The notes beneath the pieces were generated by a model. That model had not been told where the DNA came from, searched no databases, and saw only the letters and a list, made by a program, of their open reading frames with translations. Both the position numbers and the translations under genes were made by a program. From positions 37,396 to 101,395 of IMG/VR virus record IMGVR_UViG_3300046615_000588: a DNA stretch of 64,000 nt; one strand, given 5' to 3'. The stretch is from a virus (taxonomy: Duplodnaviria; Caudoviricetes). Positions 10,179-17,735 of this stretch are shown one piece after another (position 1 is the first letter of the stretch; each line of letters starts with the position of its first letter).

Positions 10179-12350
10179 CTACGCCTGGGTAATCGAAATG
10201 TCGTCAATCCAGAAGTTATTTGACGTACCCACACCGTCCCACACCTGGAACAACACTTCGACCACGCCGGACTCGCTCGGCGTGAAAGTCAGGTTGCCCG
10301 ATTGCGTCCAGGTGTTGATCGACGGCGCGCAGCTCACCGACACATCGCTGGGCACGCCCGCGATCTGACCGCCCTGCACCAGCAGCTGGCCAGCGATGTT
10401 GCTGTTGTCACGCCGGGTCCAGATGGCGATCGTCACCAATGAATTGGCCAGCACCGCCACTTTCGCCACCGACAGGTGCAGCGGATAGTCGCTGGTGTGA
10501 TTGGTCGAGGTGGGGCGGAATTTCCAGCTGATGCCAGACGCCGTGTGGCGCTGATCGGTGGCGGAAATGATGCTGCCGCCATCGGTCCAGATCAGGTGGT
10601 TGCCGGCGGTCTGATCGTGTTTTTGCGAATAAATATAGGTGCCGCGAAAATCCGGCGGATCGACAAACTCGGTGCCGCTCAACAGGCTGTTGACCAGATT
10701 GACGCGCGTGCAGCCACCAGACGCCGCCAGGCAGGCGGTGCCATTGCCGCTGGCCACAAAACCTGTCAGCGACAGTTCGCGCACGGACAGGTGATTCAGC
10801 CCATAGGTGGCGTTGCCCTTGGCCCAGATATCGCGTACCGGGGGGCCGCACAATGCGCCGTTCGATGAGCTGGTAACGAACCCCGCCGCATTGTTGCCAT
10901 TGGCCTGGATCGCCAGCGCGTCAAAGTAGCCACCACCCTGCGAGAAATCCATGCCGACGCCGCTGCACATGCTGGTGATGACGTTGCGCAGTATGAGCGT
11001 ATTAAAACTCAACGACAACACCAAACCATTCGTCGCATTGTTGTGGTGGCAGTTCTTATGCTGCCAGGAAGTTCTCAGGAAATAAAAACCATACGAGTAG
11101 CGCACCGAATTGAAATTCTCGACGGTGATGTAATCCATGTTATTACCGTAAAAGGCGACCCCCAAGCCGTTGCCGCCCGTAATCCACGTCTCGCCGGTCT
11201 GCGTACTCATGTCGGTACGGTTCCAGCCGCCCGAATACACGATGGACTGCGTACTGGTGCCACTCTCCTGCACCCCGTTGAAGGTGTTGCTGCTGCTGGA
11301 CAGCTGCCCCTGCGCCAGCGGCTCGCGCTTGTAGGTGGCCACCGTTCCGGTGGCGTGCGGGTAGCCATACGCCGTCGCGGATGGCAGCGCATTGACATCG
11401 CCATCCAGCGTCACGCTGGTGCCGTTGATTGAGGCGATGGCGTACCAGGTATCTTCCAGCCCCTCGCACAGCCAGGTTACGCCCCCATCGATGACGCTCT
11501 GGCCGATGCCCTGCGGCCAGGCCGGCTCGCTGCTGCCGGTCGCGCCCGTCTGCGCCGTCACCTGATACTTGTAGCCGTTGCGGTTCGGTTGCGTGGGGCG
11601 ACGGATATCGTTTACCGCATACGTCGTGGAGGCCAGCCAGCTCAGGTTGTGCACCTTGCCGATCAAGGAATTCAAGGTCAGCGCATCGGCACTGGAAGAT
11701 GCCTTGCAAGCGATGATGTTGTCCAGGCGGATCTCGACGCTTCCAGTGTCCACCTCGCAGTACAGGGCGATGGAATTGATAGACGAACTCAGGTTGGTGC
11801 CGAGATCAACCGTTATCGGCACCCACTTACTGATGGATGTAAAAAATGGGATCGGTATCGTATGCACGCTGGTGAGGCCAGAAGTATCGCTGCACAGGCG
11901 CAGGGACAGGTTACCAGCGTTAATAAAGGAGTTGGAGTTCGCCCAAAACGACACCTGCTGGTAAGCGGACAAGTCCAGCGTGCCGGTGGCGAAGTAGGCG
12001 GCCAGGCCGGTGGTGAAGTCTGGTTGGATGGAGCAATAGATCGCTTGCGTACCATCCTTGTAGCTCGTGGTATAGGGGCCGGAAATGACATCGGCCGGGA
12101 CGCTCCAATTGTCGTCGCAATTGCAAATGGTCGCCGTCACCGCGCTGGCCAGCGTGACCGTGCGGCTGGCGTTGGTCCAGGTGGCATTGCCCACCAGCGT
12201 CTCATTCGGCGAAGCCATGATGCGGATGGTGTCGCCCGGCGCCGTGCGCGCGGCTGTCGCGCCACTGGCAAAGGTCTTCCAGCGATTGGCGAAGCTGGTG
12301 CCGTCATTGGCGTCGTTGCCGCCAATGAGGTCCATGTAAAAAGTCGCCAT
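10179..12350 (-). CDS. Receptor-binding/adhesin paralog 1 (723 aa)
   Basis: Same architecture; 47-48 bp blocks identical to paralog 2. Confidence 0.8.
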   Translation of the reverse strand: MATFYMDLIGGNDANDGTSFANRWKTFASGATAARTAPGDTIRIMASPNETLVGNATWTNASRTVTLASAVTATICNCDDNWSVPADVISGPYTTSYKDGTQAIYCSIQPDFTTGLAAYFATGTLDLSAYQQVSFWANSNSFINAGNLSLRLCSDTSGLTSVHTIPIPFFTSISKWVPITVDLGTNLSSSINSIALYCEVDTGSVEIRLDNIIACKASSSADALTLNSLIGKVHNLSWLASTTYAVNDIRRPTQPNRNGYKYQVTAQTGATGSSEPAWPQGIGQSVIDGGVTWLCEGLEDTWYAIASINGTSVTLDGDVNALPSATAYGYPHATGTVATYKREPLAQGQLSSSSNTFNGVQESGTSTQSIVYSGGWNRTDMSTQTGETWITGGNGLGVAFYGNNMDYITVENFNSVRYSYGFYFLRTSWQHKNCHHNNATNGLVLSLSFNTLILRNVITSMCSGVGMDFSQGGGYFDALAIQANGNNAAGFVTSSSNGALCGPPVRDIWAKGNATYGLNHLSVRELSLTGFVASGNGTACLAASGGCTRVNLVNSLLSGTEFVDPPDFRGTYIYSQKHDQTAGNHLIWTDGGSIISATDQRHTASGISWKFRPTSTNHTSDYPLHLSVAKVAVLANSLVTIAIWTRRDNSNIAGQLLVQGGQIAGVPSDVSVSCAPSINTWTQSGNLTFTPSESGVVEVLFQVWDGVGTSNNFWIDDISITQA

Positions 12351-12376
12351 GCCGCGCCCCTAGCGCCCGCGCCCGC

Positions 12377-12796
12377 TTACAGGCCCGAGGTGGCTTTGTT
12401 GAGCGTGTGCACGAAGGCCGAGCAGGACACCGTTTGCGCCGCCGTGATGGTGGTGGTGGCGATGTTCAGGTTGGCGCCCGAGGTGCCGACGGTGCCGTCC
12501 AGGATGGCAGTGGTGCCGTCCGATTTCAGCGCGCGGAACCAGGTCGCCGTGCCGCTGGCGTCAGCCGACGAATCGGCGGTGATGGCGTTGGCCGTCATCA
12601 CGCCGGCCGAGGTCGCGCCAAAGGCGGTAGCGCCAAAGCGCAGCTCGGCCAGCAGCGTGTTGCCCGACAGCGCCGTGTCGGCGGTGGCCGGTTTGGTGCC
12701 GCTGTAGAGGCGCAGGTAGCCATTGTTGAGCAGTGGCCCCAGGGCGTCACCCTCGGCGTTGACGGCGGCGTTGGACAGCTGGGTATCGAGAGCCAT
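12377..12796 (-). CDS. Small virion structural protein (fibre-associated)
   Basis: GGAG SD; LRLYSGTKPA...ADASGTATWFR...DGTVGTSG pattern typical of phage structural modules. Confidence 0.75.
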   Translation of the reverse strand: MALDTQLSNAAVNAEGDALGPLLNNGYLRLYSGTKPATADTALSGNTLLAELRFGATAFGATSAGVMTANAITADSSADASGTATWFRALKSDGTTAILDGTVGTSGANLNIATTTITAAQTVSCSAFVHTLNKATSGL

Positions 12797-12807
12797 GGTG
12801 TCACTCC

Positions 12808-12834
12808 AAAAAAAAAGCCCGCACTAGGCGGGCT
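12808..12834 (-). terminator. Intrinsic terminator directly upstream of the fibre genes
   Basis: AGCCCGC-CTAGT-GCGGGCT followed by a T tract on the minus strand. Confidence 0.8.
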
Positions 12835-12860
12835 GAACGTGGTGAACGTGGGTGTCAGGC

Positions 12861-13013
12861 TCAGCGCGAGCCTGGCGGGGAATTGTTGGGCAGCAGCCAC
12901 CAGCCGAGCTGGCGGCGGATCTCCACCGGCGTGCCAGGCGGCGTGGGCGCTTTGGCGCGCTCCTGCAGGTATTGACGGACAGCTTCTTTCGACGGCGGGA
13001 TCACGGTCGGCAT
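12861..13013 (-). CDS. 50-aa small protein not in the ORF track (MPTVIPPSKEAVRQYLQERAKAPTPPGTPVEIRRQLGWWLLPNNSPPGSR)
   Basis: AGGAGG SD; resembles a small Oxalobacteraceae family with PSKExVR...EIRRQLGW. Confidence 0.75.
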   Translation of the reverse strand: MPTVIPPSKEAVRQYLQERAKAPTPPGTPVEIRRQLGWWLLPNNSPPGSR

Positions 13014-13043
13014 GACATCCTCCTGCGGGGATATGTGCTGAAA

Positions 13044-13075
13044 CGGCCTGATTAGCTGCGCAGCTAATCAGGCCG
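13044..13075. repeat. Perfect 32-bp palindrome with no loop
   Basis: CGGCCTGATTAGCTGC|GCAGCTAATCAGGCCG; extra CAGCTAATCA copy at 13079-13088. Confidence 0.95.
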
Positions 13076-13095
13076 AATCAGCTAATCAAGCGTGC

Positions 13096-13341
13096 TTAGT
13101 CGGGCGCTGCAGTGAAAGTGACGTAATATTTTTTGCCCGGCTCGAAGAACACGGCGGCCGCCGCTTCGGCGTCGATCCCCATCTGGCAGCTGCCCCATGG
13201 GGTGTACCTGGTGAAATCGGCGTTTTCGCTCTTGTCGTTGGAGTAGACGCAGCCCAGGTCAACCCGCGTGACCGCGCCGCTGGGGGTGGGCTGGCTGGTA
13301 CTGTTGCAAACCATCTTGGCGCGCACGGAGGAAATCGTCAT
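13096..13341 (-). CDS. Conserved small phage protein
   Basis: AGGAG SD; VRAKM...EN..F..YTP.G...FEPGKKYYVTF pattern. Confidence 0.8.
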   Translation of the reverse strand: MTISSVRAKMVCNSTSQPTPSGAVTRVDLGCVYSNDKSENADFTRYTPWGSCQMGIDAEAAAAVFFEPGKKYYVTFTAAPD

Positions 13342-13422
13342 GGTGATGCTCCTATAGAGGCCCGATCGGGCGGGTATAGGGGTTGTGTCTTGCGTCTTGC
13401 GCCCCGAAAGCTGGAAACCAAT

Positions 13423-13461
13423 GCAACAAGCCCGCGCCGGGTAAGGGGGCGGGCTTGTTGC
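13423..13461 (-). terminator. 13-bp stem-loop in the late leader (tR'-like candidate)
   Basis: GCAACAAGCCCGC/GCGGGCTTGTTGC between the Q-like gene and the first late gene. Confidence 0.55.
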
Positions 13462-13653
13462 GAAAAGGGAAGTGCGAGGGTACGGGCGAACAAGGGCAGC
13501 AAGGGTCGCCGTCCTTTACCAACCGGCTGCTTGCGCCACCCGCAACAAGACGGGTGTTGCCCGAATTATGCGAAGCGGAAGGGCCAGTAACCAGCCACCA
13601 CAACCCAACACGCCTGCGCAGTGCGCACAGCTTAAATGTTTCGATTTTCAAAT

Positions 13654-14175
13654 TCAAGCCTTTTCGCGTGATGGCAGCTCGGCCTGCTGGCGCAGCCGCC
13701 GTTTGGCGCGCGCGCCCGCCTTGTGCTCGTCGGCATGCAGCTCCTCGACCATGTCGAGAATATAGTCGCGCAGCGCCGGGTGGCAGCGCAGCTCGACCTG
13801 GCCGCTGCCGTCGCACAGCGCGCAGTTCTTGGCCGACAGGACCGGCGTGTTGAACATCACCTCCTGCTTGCGCCCGGTGCAGGCCGGGCAGACACTGGAA
13901 ATCCAGCGCGTCAGCGACAGATAGGCCACGCTGCGGATGTCGATATGCTCCGGCCAGTTGCGGCGCCCGGCCTTGGCCGAGACGATCCAGGTCCATTGCG
14001 CCAGCAGGCGCCGGTAGCTGGCCGGGTCGTTGAAATACTTGGTACGGAACAGCAGCCCGCCATAGGTGGACGACAGCGCCATCGCCGCCAGCACATCGGT
14101 GTCGAAGTGGAATGCGTCCGAGCGGAGATTGCCCGACCCGACCGCGCGCACGTAGCGCTGTGCCAGTTGTGCCAT
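13654..14175 (-). CDS. Q-like late antitermination protein
   Basis: CPACTG...CALCDGSG zinc finger; last gene of the early operon, before terminator-guarded late genes. Confidence 0.65.
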   Translation of the reverse strand: MAQLAQRYVRAVGSGNLRSDAFHFDTDVLAAMALSSTYGGLLFRTKYFNDPASYRRLLAQWTWIVSAKAGRRNWPEHIDIRSVAYLSLTRWISSVCPACTGRKQEVMFNTPVLSAKNCALCDGSGQVELRCHPALRDYILDMVEELHADEHKAGARAKRRLRQQAELPSREKA

Positions 14176-14187
14176 ACGTCCTCCCGC

Positions 14188-14382
14188 TTACAGCTTGGCC
14201 ACGTAAGCCGCCAGCAGGTCCAGCGCCGCATCGAGCAGCGCGGGTGTCGGCTGATCGTCGCCCAGCAGCGGGTCCAGCCACTGGCGCGCCTGTTCCTGCT
14301 GTTCCTCGCTGGCGCACATCGCCCAGCGCAAGGCGCGGTAGCGCTGCGCGTCGAGATAGTCCTTGCTCGCTTGCTCGTCCAT
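14188..14382 (-). CDS. Phage hypothetical protein
   Basis: GGAG SD; DAQRYRALR motif. Confidence 0.7.
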   Translation of the reverse strand: MDEQASKDYLDAQRYRALRWAMCASEEQQEQARQWLDPLLGDDQPTPALLDAALDLLAAYVAKL

Positions 14383-14384
14383 GG

Positions 14385-14747
14385 TCAAGTCTCCAGAATG
14401 TCGATGTTGTAGAGCGCCTTCATGATGTGGCGCTTGATCTTGTAGACGCGCGTGAGCATGCCCTTGGTGTCCTCGATGACCGTCTTGCCGCTGGCGGTCA
14501 GCGTGTAGCCGAAGTCGGCCACGTAGCGCAGCGCCGGCGTGGCCCGCTTGGAACCAAGAAAGCGCACCGACGGCACCAGCTCGAACGACACCTGGCGGCG
14601 CAGATCGCTGATCTTGCCGCGCTGCTGCAGGCGCGCCAGCTCGACCCAGCGCGCCGCCTCGGCCTGCGAATCGAAGTGCTGGCCATTGATCTCGACCTTC
14701 CGGTTGCCGTATTTCGGGCGCTTGGGCAGGGAGCCGGGGCGTTTCAA
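14385..14747 (-). CDS. DUF1064-family PD-(D/E)XK nuclease (resolvase candidate)
   Basis: KYGNRK...FDSQAEA...YVADF.Y...IEDTKG; TTG start overlapping the upstream stop, GGAG SD. Confidence 0.85.
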   Translation of the reverse strand: MKRPGSLPKRPKYGNRKVEINGQHFDSQAEAARWVELARLQQRGKISDLRRQVSFELVPSVRFLGSKRATPALRYVADFGYTLTASGKTVIEDTKGMLTRVYKIKRHIMKALYNIDILET

Positions 14748-15226
14748 TTGGTGTCTCCGCCGCCACCTCCGCAGCTGTCGCTGCCGCCGCTGTCGCTGCT
14801 GGCCGCGCTGGACGCATCGCCGCCGGACGGAGCGCAGTCGTCGCTGCGCGAAGGCAAATGGTGGATCGGCACCAGATACTCCGGCATGCCCATATCGGAT
14901 GGCATGCTGTCGCTCGCTGCGCTGTCGCGCCTGGCTTGCGCAGCCGGCCGCGCGACCGGCTTGGCCTCGCGCTCGCGCTGCATGTCGCGTATCACGTTGC
15001 GCTCGAATGTCGCGCGCTCGCCTTGCTGCGCGCGCGCCGCCTCCCAGCTGCGCGTCCACGCCGCGTCGCGTGCCTGGCGCGCCGTGTCCTGCGCCGCCTG
15101 TTCGCGGGCGCGGCGCGCCCCGATCGCTGCCGCCATCGCCGCCGTGCGCTCGATCGCTGCCTCGATTTCCCGCTCGGCGCGCGCCTGGCGCGCCGCCGGT
15201 CCCCATTCTTTCAGCCATCCGAACAT
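14744..15226 (-). CDS. Hypothetical coiled-coil protein with S/D/G-rich tail
   Basis: GGGAG SD; in operon. Confidence 0.65.
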   Translation of the reverse strand: MFGWLKEWGPAARQARAEREIEAAIERTAAMAAAIGARRAREQAAQDTARQARDAAWTRSWEAARAQQGERATFERNVIRDMQREREAKPVARPAAQARRDSAASDSMPSDMGMPEYLVPIHHLPSRSDDCAPSGGDASSAASSDSGGSDSCGGGGGDTN

Positions 15227-15249
15227 GCTTTGCTCCCGGTAAAGTGAAC

Positions 15250-15633
15250 CTACTTTTTTTCCAGCTCGACGTACCTGCTCGGCACGGCGCGAAAGTCGTT
15301 GCTGCCCTCGCGGATGCCGCGCGTGGACAGGAAGTAGCGGCGGTCCAGCGACGGCGTGAAACGGTTCACCACGCGCGGCGGCACCAGCGGTGAGGCGGAC
15401 TTCGGCGGCGGGTCGTAATAAAACAGCAGCGCCTCGGTGACGCAGTAGCGCGACCCGAGCCGTTCCAGACAGCCCATCGTCACCAGTTCCTCGTACAGCT
15501 CGCCCATGTCGGCCAGCGTTATCTTGTTGAACGAGCCGTGCAGCTCGATCCCCTCCCGCAGCGTCACCGGCCCGCGCAGGCGCAGCGCCTGCAAGATGGC
15601 CATGGTGCGGGAGTTCTTCGGCGGCAGTTTCAT
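15250..15633 (-). CDS. Hypothetical protein, possible winged HTH
   Basis: AAGGAG SD; ATGA overlap. Confidence 0.65.
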   Translation of the reverse strand: MKLPPKNSRTMAILQALRLRGPVTLREGIELHGSFNKITLADMGELYEELVTMGCLERLGSRYCVTEALLFYYDPPPKSASPLVPPRVVNRFTPSLDRRYFLSTRGIREGSNDFRAVPSRYVELEKK

Positions 15634-15926
15634 GGCGCTTCTCCTTCGCTGTATTTGGTGATCGGGTCGCACCAGGTATCCAACAGCCACCGATTGAGGC
15701 GCACGTAGTTGTTCTCGGCGGTTTGCGTGTAGCCGTTGCGCAGTGCCATCGCCAGCGTGGCGATGTAATCCATCATCGGGCCGGGGCTGGCGCGCACCAG
15801 CTGGCGCCATTCCTCGGCCTCGGCCTCGCTCATGTCGTAAAACCAGACGACATAGCGGAAGTCGCCCGCAAATTCCTTGCTGACCCGAATCTTCGGGACG
15901 CGGGGCACCGCGGGCGGGCGTGCCAT
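15630..15926 (-). CDS. Hypothetical protein
   Basis: TAATG coupling to the vWA gene. Confidence 0.65.
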   Translation of the reverse strand: MARPPAVPRVPKIRVSKEFAGDFRYVVWFYDMSEAEAEEWRQLVRASPGPMMDYIATLAMALRNGYTQTAENNYVRLNRWLLDTWCDPITKYSEGEAP

Positions 15927-16603
15927 TACGGCGTCAACCAGTCAGCCACCGCATCGGGCAGCACGCCGGAAGGCTGCGACGGCGGCAGCGGCACGCTGGC
16001 AATCGCATCGGCCAGCGGCCTGGCTGGCGGCGCGCTCCCCGCACGCATGATGGTGGTGGACAGGCTGGCCGAGCCGTAGGCATCGCGCAGCCCGGCCGCG
16101 CTGGCGGTGAAGTTGCTGGTGGTGGCCGCGCTGATACCGTACTTGCCGCCGGCCGCGAAGGCGTCCTGGTTGGCCGCCTGGAACAGGAAGACCCAGCCCG
16201 CCTTGTCCTGCGCGTGGGTGATCATGGTCTTGACCTGCTCCAGCGTGTAATGGTGGCTGGCGTTTTCCTCGCCGTCGGTGTTGATGTGCACAATCACCAG
16301 CTCGGCCCAGCCCTCGTCGGCGATGCGCTTGGCCTGTGCTTCCAGCGTGCTGCCGATTGCGTCGAGCAGCGCCGTGCTGCCAGTGGGCAGATAGTCGGCA
16401 CCGCTCATGTCCTTGACCTCGGACATCGGCAGCGCCTGATACAAGGTGCGCACCGTGTCGTTGAACTGCACGCAGGTCATGCGCGCCTCGCCTTCGACCG
16501 CGCGCTGCTCGGCCAGGAAGGTGTTGTAGCCGCCCACGACGTCACGGTGCAGCGGCGACATCGAGCCGCTGCGGTCCTGGATGGCGATGATTTCCGTTTT
16601 CAT
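15926..16603 (-). CDS. vWA-domain protein
   Basis: MIDAS DRSGS, TALLDA and TDGEEN motifs. Confidence 0.85.
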   Translation of the reverse strand: MKTEIIAIQDRSGSMSPLHRDVVGGYNTFLAEQRAVEGEARMTCVQFNDTVRTLYQALPMSEVKDMSGADYLPTGSTALLDAIGSTLEAQAKRIADEGWAELVIVHINTDGEENASHHYTLEQVKTMITHAQDKAGWVFLFQAANQDAFAAGGKYGISAATTSNFTASAAGLRDAYGSASLSTTIMRAGSAPPARPLADAIASVPLPPSQPSGVLPDAVADWLTP

Positions 16604-16677
16604 AGTCGCGTCCTCTCTAAACTAACTACGCTGGTGGTCAGCGCCCCTTGTTACCGCGTGTCCCGCACGTTCTTCCT

Positions 16678-16859
16678 TGGTGGGCAGACGTAGCCTTCCC
16701 ACGTCTGCCTTTACGCACTTCTCCCCCGGAGCCGCACGACGCGACAGCCTTGCGATGCATGGGTGCTGTCTTCGCCGCCCATCGCCCCTGTTTCAGCATC
16801 CATCCCACAGTAGGGGCCTCACCACGTACCGCTGCCGTCTCTTGACCCGACCAGTACGC
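16678..16859 (-). ncRNA. Candidate structured RNA or ssDNA element downstream of the primase gene
   Basis: Six complementary pairings including a 9-bp hairpin and an H-type pseudoknot within ~180 nt of intergenic sequence. Confidence 0.45.
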
Positions 16860-16874
16860 TGCAATCAACTCAGC

Positions 16875-17735
16875 TCACGGCGGCGCCTGGCTGCGCGCGG
16901 CCATCATCAAGGCGCTCACCGCCATCAGGCCGGCGCGCACGTACAGGTCGTTGGCGTCCTCGCCTTCGACCGGGCTCATGCAGTGCGCCAGCTGCGCCTG
17001 TTCGACGGCGCGCTGGCCGGTGCCGCTCTTGTCGTGGTCGGCGAAGGCGAACTTGCGGCCCCGCACCTGCGCCGCCACATGGGTCAGGTTGCTGGCCGAA
17101 AAACAGATCAGCACCTGCGCCTGCATGCGCAGCTGGTGCAGTGCCAGCTCGACCGTCAGGCCGGTGGCGTAGCCCTCCACCAGCCAGGTTTCCGGCGCAC
17201 GCGGGTTCCCCAGCCGGAACACGGCGCCCTTGGCGCGGGTCCCGTAGATCATCTTTTTCTGCCACTCGCGTTCGTCCATCAGCCAGCGGATGACCTGCGC
17301 GCCGACCAGCTGGTTCGACTCCAGCGTGCGCATCGGCACGATCAGCTCGCGTTCGTCGTTGACCAGGCCGCGCACGTCGGGCAGCTGCTTGCTGCGCAGG
17401 TAGTTGTGCTCACCCGGCTTGCAGGCGGCCAGCATGGCCGCGGCGGTGCGCTCGGCCTGGCGGTGCACCTCGGCCTGGCGGCGTTCCTGTGCGCGCTTGC
17501 GCTCGCCCCAGGCCTTGCGGTCGGCGTCGGTGAAGCCCTTGGCGTCCGGGTTGTCGTACCAGTGAATCTCGGCGCCGTTCGACCAGTCCGACACCCAGCC
17601 CCGGCGGCCGTCCCAAAAATAGGCGCCGTCCTTGGTGCGCGGGTGTTGTTCAGTCGGGCAGCGGCGTACCCGCTCGCTGGGGTACAGGTCGGGCAGGATC
17701 AGACCGTACAGACCGGCGAATTGGGTGAATGTCAT
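16875..17735 (-). CDS. TOPRIM-domain DNA primase
   Basis: LVEGYATG and FADHD motifs; HNYLRSK; ATGA overlap with the helicase. Confidence 0.85.
   Translation of the reverse strand: MTFTQFAGLYGLILPDLYPSERVRRCPTEQHPRTKDGAYFWDGRRGWVSDWSNGAEIHWYDNPDAKGFTDADRKAWGERKRAQERRQAEVHRQAERTAAAMLAACKPGEHNYLRSKQLPDVRGLVNDERELIVPMRTLESNQLVGAQVIRWLMDEREWQKKMIYGTRAKGAVFRLGNPRAPETWLVEGYATGLTVELALHQLRMQAQVLICFSASNLTHVAAQVRGRKFAFADHDKSGTGQRAVEQAQLAHCMSPVEGEDANDLYVRAGLMAVSALMMAARSQAPP

Noticed and set aside
5112-12350. Diversity-generating retroelement or invertible shufflon acting on the adhesins
   Set aside because: No reverse transcriptase or invertase, no adenine-specific TR/VR pair, all genes in the same orientation
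16638-16868. 76-aa minus-strand ORF between the primase and vWA genes
   Set aside because: Non-ATG start, no SD, atypical composition; base-pairing explains the region better
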